Shown: positions 10,227 to 20,504, counted from the first letter of the stretch. The stretch is DNA of 64,000 nucleotides from an uncultured delta proteobacterium (GCA_963762595.1 CAVXLI010000022.1:52-64051), one strand, 5' to 3'. Program-made: numbers and translations. Notes: a model not told the origin generated them from the letters alone.

Positions 10227-10702
10227 ATGAAGACATTACAGCTGTTGGAGTATAGTCAATTTTTAAGGCACAAATATCTGGAAACTTTAAGCAAGCTTCC
10301 CTGGGAGGAAGTTAGTCAAGGATCGAGGCGCCAGTTTCCCTTCCCTGAGAGACATCTTTCTGCATATGGTCTTTGTGGTGGATGCCTATATTAATTATGT
10401 ATTGCAAGGCAATAACAATTATCCGAACGTCAACTATAACGAATACGACAGCATCGAGAAAATCACGAAATATCTGGAAGAGGTGGAATCCAGAGCCAAC
10501 GCCAACTTAAGCAAAATGACGCCGGAAGAACTGGCGAAATTGAGAACGAAAGACGGTGAAATTACCGTTAGGATGTTGCTCGACTTTTTCCAGGAAGAAA
10601 CGCATCATCGGGGAGAACTTTTAGGCGTTGTTATGGCAAATGGATGTTGAGCCTCCCCACACGGGATTTATTCAATACACGCGGTCGCAAAAGCGCAAAT
10701 AA
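10227..10702 (+). CDS. DinB family protein (two apparent frameshifts)
   Basis: joined frames give ...RGASFPSLRDIFLH...EETHHRGELxALLWQMDVEPP; GGGAGG RBS. Confidence 0.75.
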
Positions 10703-10784
10703 TAAATAGCGTCTCTCGTGAAGCGCGAAGCGAAAAAAGAAACATTCCCATAGATATAATAAAAGAGATAAGGAGGTATAAACA

Positions 10785-12257
10785 ATGAATCAGCCATCGG
10801 AAACTCAACAAAAAGATAAATTCTCGTATCTCTGGTTGGCACTGTCCCTTATCCTTATGACATTTTCAGATGGACAGTGGATATTCGCGCTTGCTCCCTG
10901 GCTTGCTCTGCCTCTGCTTCTGCGTTTCGTAAGATATCAAAAACCGCTAATCGGTTATTTAATCACCGTTGCCGTGATGACAATATCGTCTTCAATCGCC
11001 TGGTCTGGCCTGTTTCCGATACCTCTGCCGTATCATATCTTATTTTACTTTATTCCAGCCCTTTTCAAGGCACTTCCTTACCTTGCCGATAGGCTTATGG
11101 CCCGCCGTGTGCAAGGCTTCCTGGCGACCTTGGTATTTCCGGTAGCGGTAACAGCAATGCAATTCTTTTCATCATTCAGACCGGATAACGGAACTTATGG
11201 TTCGCTTGCCTATACGCAATACGGCATTCTGCCCCTGATACAGCTTTCATCCATAACGGGCATATGGGGAATTGTTTTTTTAATATCCTGGTTTGCATCT
11301 ATAATCAATTACTGCTGGGAAAATGGATTCGCCTTTACAAGAATCAAAAAGGCAGCCGTAATTTATTTGTGCGTACTTGTGGCTGTCTTCCTCTATGGCG
11401 GCGCGCGCCTGCTCTTAATAAAACCCGCTGTAACAAGTGTTCGTGTGGCGGCAATAACTACTCCTTCAGATATCGTAGGAAGAGTAATGGGAATGTTTGC
11501 AGGGAAATCGCCGTTTAATCTTCAAGAGTCGCTGACCTTACTGGAATCACAGACCACAAAAGCGGCGCAATCCGGAGCGAAGATCATTGTCTGGCAGGAA
11601 TACGGCGATTTGATCTCCAGGGAGGACATAGATGTTTTTATTAAACGTGGGCAAAAAATTGCCGCCGCTAAAAAGATCTATTTACTCATCTGCGCAGGCA
11701 TCCTGGATAGCAAGAAAAAAGAAAAAGGCGAGAATCTTTCCATATTCATTGACCCCGCGGGGGACGTTAAATGGAAACATTTAAAAAGTTACCTTGTTCC
11801 AATGATTGAGGAACCATTCTTTAAAAGGGGCGATAGAAAAGTTCCGGTGCTGGATACGCCTTATGGGAGAATAGCGTCGGTCATCTGTTTTGAGTATGAT
11901 CATCACAGGTACATACGATCAGCGGGGCGAGGGATCACCCTTTTTCTGGTTCCGGCATTAGACGGGAAAACGCTTACCCCCGTGCATTCTCATATGGCTG
12001 TTTTTCGGGGTATTGAAAATGGCTACTCAGTGTTGAAACCAACCGGTGAAGGACTTTCAATAGCGGCTGATTACTGCGGAAGGGTTATCGCTGAACAGAA
12101 TTACTTCACTTCAAAAGAGAGAGTGATGATTGCCGATGTGCCGGTGAAATCGGTCTCTACGATTTATTCGGTGATCGGGGATATGTTTGCCTGGCTGTGC
12201 GTTATCGGTTTGATCATTCTGATTGTGGTTGCTGTGATCAGGCGCAAGCGAAATTAA
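10785..12257 (+). CDS. apolipoprotein N-acyltransferase-like membrane nitrilase-family protein
   Basis: multiple TM helices, then WQE, K and ICFE nitrilase triad; FRGIENG. Confidence 0.85.
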   Translation: MNQPSETQQKDKFSYLWLALSLILMTFSDGQWIFALAPWLALPLLLRFVRYQKPLIGYLITVAVMTISSSIAWSGLFPIPLPYHILFYFIPALFKALPYLADRLMARRVQGFLATLVFPVAVTAMQFFSSFRPDNGTYGSLAYTQYGILPLIQLSSITGIWGIVFLISWFASIINYCWENGFAFTRIKKAAVIYLCVLVAVFLYGGARLLLIKPAVTSVRVAAITTPSDIVGRVMGMFAGKSPFNLQESLTLLESQTTKAAQSGAKIIVWQEYGDLISREDIDVFIKRGQKIAAAKKIYLLICAGILDSKKKEKGENLSIFIDPAGDVKWKHLKSYLVPMIEEPFFKRGDRKVPVLDTPYGRIASVICFEYDHHRYIRSAGRGITLFLVPALDGKTLTPVHSHMAVFRGIENGYSVLKPTGEGLSIAADYCGRVIAEQNYFTSKERVMIADVPVKSVSTIYSVIGDMFAWLCVIGLIILIVVAVIRRKRN

Positions 12258-12405
12258 GAACGGCGGACGGGTCAAGTCTTTGCATGGCTCATCTGGCGGT
12301 GAAAATTATTTTATAAAAAGATAGCTTCAATTTGATTCCGTGCAAACTGGGAGCATCCTGATTCGGATTTCAGCTGGCTTAGCCAATATAAAGGTGATCA
12401 TTATT

Positions 12406-13227
12406 ATGTCGCAACAAAAATATTTTTTGGAATGGAAAAATCAGGGGAAAGTTTTCATAACCGGCGCATCGGCCGGTATAGGGGCTGCATACGCGGAAGC
12501 GCTTGCAAAAAAAGGATTTGATCTGGTTTTGCTGGCGCGACGCAAAGATAAGCTGCAGGTTCTCGCGAACCGGCTGGAAGCTGATTACTCTATCCATTGC
12601 GAAATAATGACCGCGGATCTCGCCAGTCTTGAAGAGATTGGAAAAGCTGCAAATTACATCCGTAAGATCGATAATCTGGATATTCTGATAAATAATGCCG
12701 GCTTCGCGACTATAGGTTATTTTGCCGATATACCTATCGAAAAAGCGACGCGGATGTTTCACGTGCATATGGCCGCGACCATCCAATTGAGCCATGCGGC
12801 GCTTCAGGGCATGCTTGAAAGAAAACGCGGAGCAATCATCAATGTATCATCTATGGGCGCGTTTATGTTAACGCCGGGCAATGTTTTATATGATGCGACG
12901 AAATCTTTTCTTGCCACATTTTCAGAAAACCTTTCGCTTGAAGTGAAAGATAAAGGGATTAGAGTTCAGGCATTGTGCCCGGGTTTCACGCGTACGGAAT
13001 TTCACGAGGTCGGCGATTTCGAGAATTTTGACAGGAGTGTTGTCCCTGATTCTTTATGGATGATGCCGGATGAAGTTGTAGCCTTGTCTCTAAAAGCGTT
13101 AGAAAAAAATAAAGAGATTGTCTATATCCCGGGCTGGGAAAATCGTCTCTCTAAATGGATTATATTGCACAGCTCGATTGTTCGTAAGGCTTTGCAGAAA
13201 AGAGTAAAAGAAAGAGACCTAAGATAG
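12406..13227 (+). CDS. SDR family oxidoreductase
   Basis: TGASAGIG, NNAGF, YDATK, LCPGFT. Confidence 0.9.
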   Translation: MSQQKYFLEWKNQGKVFITGASAGIGAAYAEALAKKGFDLVLLARRKDKLQVLANRLEADYSIHCEIMTADLASLEEIGKAANYIRKIDNLDILINNAGFATIGYFADIPIEKATRMFHVHMAATIQLSHAALQGMLERKRGAIINVSSMGAFMLTPGNVLYDATKSFLATFSENLSLEVKDKGIRVQALCPGFTRTEFHEVGDFENFDRSVVPDSLWMMPDEVVALSLKALEKNKEIVYIPGWENRLSKWIILHSSIVRKALQKRVKERDLR

Positions 13228-13315
13228 TAAATATTATTTGGGGAAAGCAAATCGGATTCAAAAATCGGAAAATATGACATTAATGTATTCATGCTCGAGA
13301 ACAAAGGGAGGCTGC

Positions 13316-15112
13316 ATGGAAAGTACAGGTAAAACATCGGATATAGAAGATAAAGGCATTACTTTTATCCGGCATGCTAGTTCGGCGGCAGGAAAGCGAA
13401 AATGTATCGGCCTTCTTCTGCTTATTTTGTGTTTTTTTGTGATTATTACGGGATGCAGTACCAATTATGCATATTGGAACAGCCCAAAATCGGCGGCACC
13501 CTCGTATTTCTTTTCCAGTACTGTTGCCAAGAGTAAACATGCTTCATTCAAAATCACAGATGATCGCGGAAATCAGGATGTGCTGGTCCTACTGGCCCTG
13601 TCAGGCGGCGGCAGCCGTGCCGCCTATTTTTCTGCGCGTGTAATGACAACGCTCCAGCATGACAGCGATTTGGATATACTCAAGGAAGTGGACGTGATCT
13701 CGTCCGTTTCCGGCGGCTCTCTGGCCGGCGCTTACTACGCCGTTACACAAGATCCTGAATTCGTGATCCCCGTTCCCCGCTGCAAATTGGATTGTGGAGC
13801 ATTCGCCGGGCAATCGAAAATTGCCTGTCAGAAAACAGGGAAAAAACAACAGCTCGTGATTGGAAAATTAACCGATGAAGAAAAAGAAGCGGCGCAGAAA
13901 GCTCTGCCGAAGGCTATCAGCGGTTGTTCCGCAAAGGAGTGGGCATATATCGACCGGCTTTTTAATCTATCACAGGCTAAAGTTACCTCTAACCGGATCT
14001 GGATCAGCAGGGAACAATGGCTTGGATGGACGGAAAAAGGATTGCTCAATTTGAATTTGGGATTCAAGAGAGCCCACGTAGAAGATCTTATGTCGCGGGA
14101 TTATGTGAGCCGGTGGCTCCAGAGTTGGTTCTGGCCGACGAATATAGTCCGCTATTGGTTTACTGCCTATGACCGTTCCGACATTATGTCCCAAACCTTC
14201 GAGGATAATCTCTTTGATACAAGAAATCTGGGGTTTGCCCTGAAATTTGGCGATCTGAATCCCGAGCGCCCTTATCTGATTATCAACGCCACGGATGGAA
14301 CGGAGCCCTATAAAACACAGAAGCAAGAGCTGAAACCAAGGTCTCAAAATATGCATTTCGGCTCTGTCTTCACCTTTACCGATGAGGATTTCACCGAGCA
14401 CCTGAATTCCGATATCTATCAGTTTGATGTGGCGCGGGGCGTTATGGCCTCCGCGGCATTTCCGGCAGTATTTAGTTATGTGACACTGAAGGATTTCACG
14501 GATGAAAATGATGAAAGATATCATCATGTCTTCGATGGCGGCAACGCCGACAACCTGGGCCTGCGCAGTTTATCCAGGGTCATCAAAAGCAATCCCGACC
14601 GATATAAGCACATCATTGTCATTCTCGTCGATGCGTTCGTTGAACCCGTTGGAAAGAGCAGCACAAATCCTGAACCAAGAAGTTCTTTCAGTCATTTTCT
14701 CGATATGAACTTTATGGATAGCTTCGACGCTTTATTAAAAAGTAACAGACAAATCGGCATCAACGAATTTCTTAAAGATAATATAGATCTTCGTGATAAA
14801 CTGACTTTCTGGCATATAACCTTCGATAAGGTTGATGAAGACACACTCGACATCACGCCACTAAGAGACGATGACAACAAGACGCCGTTAAGAAATGATG
14901 ACAACAAGTTGGAGCTAAGAACGCTCAGGGAGGGATTAAATCGCATTGAGACAAATTTACATATCTCCGATGACGACAAAGCAAGGATAGAAGAAGCAGT
15001 CAGGATCATTTTTGAAAAGGACGGTCCATGCCTGGAACGGATCAAGAAAATTCTCCTCAACGAAAATCCGGATCCGCCCGGTCCAGCACCTGAAACAGCA
15101 GTCTGCCGTTAA
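13316..15112 (+). CDS. patatin-like phospholipase, probable lipoprotein
   Basis: IITGC lipobox, LSGGGSRAA, SVSGGS, SAAFP, DGG. Confidence 0.85.
   Translation: MESTGKTSDIEDKGITFIRHASSAAGKRKCIGLLLLILCFFVIITGCSTNYAYWNSPKSAAPSYFFSSTVAKSKHASFKITDDRGNQDVLVLLALSGGGSRAAYFSARVMTTLQHDSDLDILKEVDVISSVSGGSLAGAYYAVTQDPEFVIPVPRCKLDCGAFAGQSKIACQKTGKKQQLVIGKLTDEEKEAAQKALPKAISGCSAKEWAYIDRLFNLSQAKVTSNRIWISREQWLGWTEKGLLNLNLGFKRAHVEDLMSRDYVSRWLQSWFWPTNIVRYWFTAYDRSDIMSQTFEDNLFDTRNLGFALKFGDLNPERPYLIINATDGTEPYKTQKQELKPRSQNMHFGSVFTFTDEDFTEHLNSDIYQFDVARGVMASAAFPAVFSYVTLKDFTDENDERYHHVFDGGNADNLGLRSLSRVIKSNPDRYKHIIVILVDAFVEPVGKSSTNPEPRSSFSHFLDMNFMDSFDALLKSNRQIGINEFLKDNIDLRDKLTFWHITFDKVDEDTLDITPLRDDDNKTPLRNDDNKLELRTLREGLNRIETNLHISDDDKARIEEAVRIIFEKDGPCLERIKKILLNENPDPPGPAPETAVCR
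14855..14908 (+). repeat. intragenic 27-bp tandem duplication
   Basis: encodes TPLRDDDNK-TPLRNDDNK. Confidence 0.85.
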
Positions 15113-15244
15113 TCCCGCGGCTTGGAAGCCCCCGGCTCCAGCCGGGGGGAGGAATGCGCCGTAACCCGCGGGAGGTCGCGTTATTACAGGTAGCCTCCGG
15201 CTCCTGTAACCTCAAGGTCATCTGCGACCGGAGGGGGCTCCACT
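15111..15244 (-). repeat. long palindromic dispersed repeat, full copy
   Basis: homologous to 52369-52474, 15896-16008 and 8408-8460. Confidence 0.85.
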
Positions 15245-15328
15245 GATGAGCAAAAAAATCTGAGAACAAAGGCGCACTATTTTTTTAAAAAATAATATAA
15301 AAACAAAAAACCGGAAGAATTTTTTGAC

Positions 15329-15375
15329 GGTGCTTCAATTTAATTCTTGAGCTGCTAAGTGTAAGGTGATATTTT
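15329..15375 (+). promoter_or_regulatory. duplicated promoter module copy 1
   Basis: 30 bp identical to 16788-16817; TTGAGC-N17-TATTTT with extended TG. Confidence 0.7.
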
Positions 15376-15423
15376 TAACATTCAAACGTCATATATATTT
15401 GCAGGAAAGGTCATTATAGTAAT

Positions 15424-15831
15424 ATGAAATATTTCACTGCTATCGAAGCTAAACAATTCGCCCAGAAATGGCTGCCGGCCTGGTCCGGAAACAATCCCGA
15501 GTTACTGGTAAGTTTCTATTCGGAAGACGCCTTTTACCTCGACCCGGGCGTTCCCGAGGGTGTAAAAGGAAAACCGGAGTTGCTGGCCCACTTCCGCAAG
15601 CTTCTGGCCAATAACCCTAATTGGGTCTGGTCACAGATCGAAGGCATTCCGCTTGCGGATGGTTTTCTGAATAAGTGGCTGGCGAAAATTCCGGTAGGCC
15701 CTGTTACGTTAGAAATCGTCGGCGTGTGCCTGGTGCAACTGGACAGCGCAGGTAAGATCCGCCGTAACGAGGTGTACTTCGACCGCACACAACTCCTTGC
15801 CGAAATTGCCAAGTTCAGGCAGCGAAAATAG
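15424..15831 (+). CDS. SnoaL/NTF2-like protein
   Basis: FYSEDAFYLDP, GKIRRNEVYFD. Confidence 0.85.
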   Translation: MKYFTAIEAKQFAQKWLPAWSGNNPELLVSFYSEDAFYLDPGVPEGVKGKPELLAHFRKLLANNPNWVWSQIEGIPLADGFLNKWLAKIPVGPVTLEIVGVCLVQLDSAGKIRRNEVYFDRTQLLAEIAKFRQRK

Positions 15832-15895
15832 TGTTGGGGCAATACAGAGAACACCTGACTCCTATTCCTGTTACTCTCATCGCTTAGAACAATTT

Positions 15896-16008
15896 CACCC
15901 CGCTGCAGAAAGTCCCCGTCTCCCGCCGTGGGTTGAATGCTTTCTGCAAGCCGCGGGATGTCGCGTTTATGAAAAGGAACCTCCGGCTCCTACCAGAGGG
16001 GCTCCACT
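15896..16008 (-). repeat. diverged copy of the long palindromic repeat
   Basis: AGTGGAGCCCC...GCCGGAGG...ACGCGACATCCCGCGG on the minus strand. Confidence 0.7.
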
Positions 16009-16011
16009 GTT

Positions 16012-16638
16012 TCACTTAGGAGAAATTCTTTTTCCGAATTTCTCGATTTCGTCTCCGGTTTTTTTCAGTCCTTTCCCAACCTCTTCAGCCATCACAGAGC
16101 CTTTTTCCTTCAATTTCAGCGCCAGCTCTTCAGATTTTTTTATAACTTCTTTTGTACCTGTTTCAACTTTCTGGCCGGCCCAGGCAAAGCCTCTCTCCAA
16201 ATCTTTAGTGGCCGAATCAAGGGCATCGCCGGCTTTTACTTTCTGTTTCTTCGCCCATGCTTCCATTGATTTAGTATGGGAATCGGATGCCAATGCATGA
16301 TAGGCGCGGGCAAAGGCTTCATCAAGTTTTTTTACCGAGGTTACCGCTCCTTTATTCACATCCTCAGACAGTTTGTTCAATTCGCGAGCCGATGCTGCCA
16401 GCGCCTCTTTTCCCGTAACGGACGCTTTCTCCGCCTCGGCTTTCATGTATGCTGAGGCCTTTTGAATCTGTTCAGCTGCGGATTTCAAATTTTTATCCAA
16501 GTAGTCTTTTTTTGCCTTCTGAAAAGTCTGTTCAATTGAGGATTGTGATTCTGAGCCGGCAACGGCCGCCTGCGGCAAAATTCCCGTTACGATCAATGCA
16601 AAAACAAGAACAACGATGACAAGATTTAAGCGATACAT
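16012..16638 (-). CDS. secreted helical hypothetical protein
   Basis: signal peptide, Ala/Lys/Glu-rich, AGGAG RBS. Confidence 0.75.
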   Translation of the reverse strand: MYRLNLVIVVLVFALIVTGILPQAAVAGSESQSSIEQTFQKAKKDYLDKNLKSAAEQIQKASAYMKAEAEKASVTGKEALAASARELNKLSEDVNKGAVTSVKKLDEAFARAYHALASDSHTKSMEAWAKKQKVKAGDALDSATKDLERGFAWAGQKVETGTKEVIKKSEELALKLKEKGSVMAEEVGKGLKKTGDEIEKFGKRISPK

Positions 16639-16787
16639 GGTTTTTCTCCTTTCTAAATATTGGATATAAACGAATTTATTTATTCATATACGTTTGTCAA
16701 AGGGTATTTTTTTATCGCCCCTGGAAATTAGGATTAAATCTTTGCATGATTCATCTATTATCGGTGAAAAGCATTAATATAATCCAG

Positions 16788-16834
16788 GGTGCTTCAATTT
16801 AATTCTTGAGCTGCTAAATGGAAGATGATATTCC
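16788..16834 (+). promoter_or_regulatory. duplicated promoter module copy 2
   Basis: GGTGCTTCAATTTAATTCTTGAGCTGCTAA; TTGAGC-N17-TATTCC. Confidence 0.65.
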
Positions 16835-16925
16835 ATGACCTGATCCAAGGCGATAATTTTTGCCGCCGGTAATGTCGGGTTAGATTCATGACGGCATTAA
16901 AGGTTGCAGCATAAGGAGTAGATGT

Positions 16926-17924
16926 GTGAATAAAGTAAAAATACTTGGCATCATTTTAATGATTATACTGGTGGCTCAACCGGTACAAGGTAACGAGCGG
17001 AAAGCCCTACAGCAGAAAAAAAAATATCAAAATTTTACCCGGATCGACACTACCTTCAAAAGCCGGGGAACAACCTGTGCCGCGTGGCTGTATCTGCCTA
17101 AACGCGTCAGCAGGCCCCCTATTGTTATAATGGCTCATGGATTTGGTGGAGAACGAACCTTCCGGTTGCCCGCATATGCAGAATACTTTTCCCGTCAGGG
17201 GATGGCCTGTCTTGTATTTGATTATCGCACTTTTGGCGACAGTGAAGGCGAACCGCGAAATTATGTCAACCCTACACGACATCTGGAGGACTGGCAGGCG
17301 GCCATAGCCTTTGCCCGATCGCTGGATTCGGTGGATAATAGACGCATAGCGCTGTGGGGAACATCGTTCAGCGGCGGGCACGTGATTGTGACCGCGGCCA
17401 ACACACCGGGCATCGCGGTTATCGTTGCCCAGGTTCCCTTTGTGGACGGGCGATCAACAGGCCGGAGTTTTGGGTATAAGCTCCAGGCCGTGTATCACGG
17501 ACTTTTGGATGCAATCGGCGCCCTGTTTAACAGCAGGCATTATGTGCCCATTGTGGCTGACCCTGATACCTTCGCTATGATGAATACGCCGGACGCCCTC
17601 GAAGGATCAAAAAAACTCCTGCCCCCGGGTGTCAACCCCGACAGGAAATGTCCCGCAAACATAGCCCTGACCTTGTTCTTTTACCGCCCTATAGAATTTG
17701 CCCCCAAAGTAACCTGCCCTGCTCTTATCATCTATGCCCAAAAGGATACACTGATATCGCCGCAAGATGTAAGTCGCGCAGGGGAAAGCATGCGGAAGGC
17801 AACGGTGATCGCCCTGCCGATTAAACATTTCGATGTCTATGATGGAGCGGAGTTCGAGACGGTCGTCAGGCTGGAGGCTAAATTTTTAAAAAAACAACTT
17901 GCCCATGCGTCTGTCCGTCCGTAG
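16926..17924 (+). CDS. secreted alpha/beta hydrolase
   Basis: signal peptide, MAHGFGG, FDYRTFGDSEGEPR, WGTSFSGG, HFDVY. Confidence 0.88.
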   Translation: MNKVKILGIILMIILVAQPVQGNERKALQQKKKYQNFTRIDTTFKSRGTTCAAWLYLPKRVSRPPIVIMAHGFGGERTFRLPAYAEYFSRQGMACLVFDYRTFGDSEGEPRNYVNPTRHLEDWQAAIAFARSLDSVDNRRIALWGTSFSGGHVIVTAANTPGIAVIVAQVPFVDGRSTGRSFGYKLQAVYHGLLDAIGALFNSRHYVPIVADPDTFAMMNTPDALEGSKKLLPPGVNPDRKCPANIALTLFFYRPIEFAPKVTCPALIIYAQKDTLISPQDVSRAGESMRKATVIALPIKHFDVYDGAEFETVVRLEAKFLKKQLAHASVRP

Positions 17925-18111
17925 AAAGATGTCGGCATCAAATGAAGTACGCCGCGGCATGATAATAGAGGGAGAGGCTTGAAAAATAAGTTTTCGCTAA
18001 CACGACACCAGCTCTGTAACTTTTTTTATTTATATCCATCTGGTTTGTGTTAACTTATAGTTTGTTTTTACTTATCTTTTAAATTACAGTACGCATGTCA
18101 GGAGGAATTTG

Positions 18112-18990
18112 ATGGATCAGCTTAAGCCTTATCGTTCTTTTGTGAGCTATATCGACCGCAGCAGAGAATACTACGCTGCCCAGGGCTATGATAAACCATA
18201 CGCATGGCCGCACTATGACAATGTTCCCTTTACTCCCCTGCGAAAGCCGCTCTCGGAGTGCCGTGTCGGATTGGTAACGACCGCGGGTAAGCCAAAGCCT
18301 GTCAACCCAATGGAGAACATTATGTATCTTCGGGAGATGTACGCTGAACAGGCAATTCCATCACCGCCATCTCTCTTTACCGATGATTTGTTTTGGGATA
18401 AGAAAGCTACCCACACGAAAGATGTTGACAGCTTTTTACCCGTGAACCGCCTGGCGGAGTATGCCAGAAACGGACGCATTGGATCGGCTTCACCCCGTTT
18501 CTATGGTGTGCCCACTGATTACAGTCAGGGTAGGACGATGGAGCGTTATGGTCCACAGATCCTTAAATGGTGTCGCGAGGACGGCCTCGATGCTGTGCTC
18601 CTTTCTGCGCTGTGACCGGTTTGCCACCAGACCGTGAGTCTGGTCGCCCGTCACCTGGAGGAGAATGGCATTCCAACAGTCATTATGGGTAGTGCGCGGG
18701 ACATAGTGGAAGAGTGCGGTGTTGCGCGTTTCGTATTTACCGATTTTCCCCTGGGGAATCCCTGTGGAAAACCGTGGGATGCCGAGATGCAAAGCTCGAT
18801 CGTAGGGATTGCGCTTGATCTTCTTGAGCGGGCCTGGATGCCGCGCACCACAATTCAGACGCTTTATCAATGGAACAACGATGAATGGCGGGAAGCCTTC
18901 ATGAGGGTTGACGCTGTCAATCGCGAAGCCCTTGCCCGTGAGGGAGAAGCGCGCCGCGAATTTCAGGCCCAATTAAAGAATAATCAGTAA
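18112..18990 (+). CDS. PrdB/GrdB-like (glycine/sarcosine/betaine/proline reductase selenoprotein B family) selenoprotein, TGA at 18613-18615
   Basis: ORFs 18109..18615 and 18634..18990 share a frame: DAVLLSAL-U-PVCHQTVSLVARHLEENGIPTV (UxxC); hairpin ACCAGAC-CGTGA-GTCTGGT follows. Confidence 0.92.
18626..18644 (+). promoter_or_regulatory. candidate bacterial SECIS
   Basis: 7-bp perfect stem, loop CGUGA, loop 17 nt after the UGA. Confidence 0.75.
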
Positions 18991-19112
18991 TCATGTATGG
19001 CAAAAAAAATACGGGTGATCGGTGTAACCCTTGCTGACAGTTTCAGAAATGCAGAGGAGGGTGTTATAGTGAATTCACCAGTTAATGACAATTGTAAGGA
19101 AGGAAAAAAAGA

Positions 19113-20504
19113 ATGCGACCCATTCAGGAAATCTTAGAAGCCAAAAGTATTGCGGTTATCGGAGCATCGAGGGATCAGGGGAAGCCGGGGGCGCAGCTCC
19201 TTAGAGTTCTGAAAGAAGTGGAATATCAGGGTAGTGTTGCCGGTGTAAATCCTCAAGGTGGAGAAGTATTTGGAACCACTTTATATCGGAATCTGGAGCA
19301 AATTCCTTTCAACGTTGATCTGGCGGTTTTGCTTATCCCCCCTCGGTTTGTTCCGGAAGCACTGCGGGAGTGTGCCCGTAAAGGTGTCAAGGGGGTGGTG
19401 ATCTCCGCGGAGGGCTTTGCGGAAACGGGACCAGAGGGGGCAAAGTATCAGGAAGAAGCAAGTGCTATCTTAAAATCCACAGGCATGAGGGGATTTGGAC
19501 CCAATACCCTGGGCGTGATCAATACAGCAACCAAACTGACCACGTCTTATTTTGCCAATGCCCAAATGCTGATGCCCGGATCCATTGGATTCGCTGCGCA
19601 GTCCGGGATTTTTGTGGGGGCGCTTCTGAGGTATTTGAGTTCATTCGATGGACTGCATCTCTCTAAAGGTATCGGTCTGGGAAATAAAGTGGATGTGAAC
19701 GAATCGGATGCCCTTTCCTACCTGATGGATGACGAGCAAACCAAAATCATCGGCATGTATCTGGAGGATGTCAAAGATGGACGCTTGTTTACGGAAAATC
19801 TCAAGAAGGCTGTGGCTAAAAAGCCTGTGCTCATCGTCAAGAGCGGGCGGACTCAGGCGGGCGCCAGAGCTACGGCATCTCATACGGCAAGTCTCGCGGT
19901 CGAAGACGCCGTTTTTGACGGAGTTATCCGTCAGGCCGGAGCCATCCGCCTGACCGGGATCGATGATTTCATCCGCACTCTAACAGGGTTTTTGAATATG
20001 CCCCTTCCCCGAGGAGACCGGCTGGCTTTTGTTACCTACAGCGGGGCACAGGCTATTATGAGCATCGATGCGGCCGTTGAACATGGGCTGCAAGTGGCCC
20101 GATTGGGAGAAACTACTCAGGCAAGAATTGCCGGGGTAATCGCAACCCCTTCCAAGACCAGAAACCCGATTGACATTTTTCCCGATTGGCTGTCTCACGG
20201 ATATGAAAAGACGATGTCGGAGATAATGAAAGCTCTCCTGGATGATCAGGGTGTGGACGGTATTGTTTTTATTTCTTTTGCTGATGCCACGCCTGAAGTG
20301 TATCAGCCAATGGCTGATATTCTCAAAGGGGACCGTCGTAAGCCGGTCTTTTTTTCCCTTTTAGGGGATAATAAAGAAAAAGAAGCTTGTCAAAATTTTC
20401 TGAATGGAAATGGTCTTCCCTGTTATGATTTCCCGGAATATGCCGTTCGTGTTTTTGCCCATATGCGGCAATATGCCAGGATCAAAGAAAGACGATCAGG
20501 ATAA
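19113..20504 (+). CDS. acyl-CoA synthetase (NDP-forming) alpha subunit / CoA-binding protein
   Basis: IAVIGAS, GPNTLG, QSG, LGNKVD, SHTASL phospho-His, NPID; no ATP-grasp domain. Confidence 0.88.
   Translation: MRPIQEILEAKSIAVIGASRDQGKPGAQLLRVLKEVEYQGSVAGVNPQGGEVFGTTLYRNLEQIPFNVDLAVLLIPPRFVPEALRECARKGVKGVVISAEGFAETGPEGAKYQEEASAILKSTGMRGFGPNTLGVINTATKLTTSYFANAQMLMPGSIGFAAQSGIFVGALLRYLSSFDGLHLSKGIGLGNKVDVNESDALSYLMDDEQTKIIGMYLEDVKDGRLFTENLKKAVAKKPVLIVKSGRTQAGARATASHTASLAVEDAVFDGVIRQAGAIRLTGIDDFIRTLTGFLNMPLPRGDRLAFVTYSGAQAIMSIDAAVEHGLQVARLGETTQARIAGVIATPSKTRNPIDIFPDWLSHGYEKTMSEIMKALLDDQGVDGIVFISFADATPEVYQPMADILKGDRRKPVFFSLLGDNKEKEACQNFLNGNGLPCYDFPEYAVRVFAHMRQYARIKERRSG

Noticed and set aside
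15329-15358. dif/pdif Xer site
   Set aside because: GGTGCTTCAAT only loosely resembles the XerC arm, and there is no TTATGTTAAAT-like XerD arm 6 bp away.
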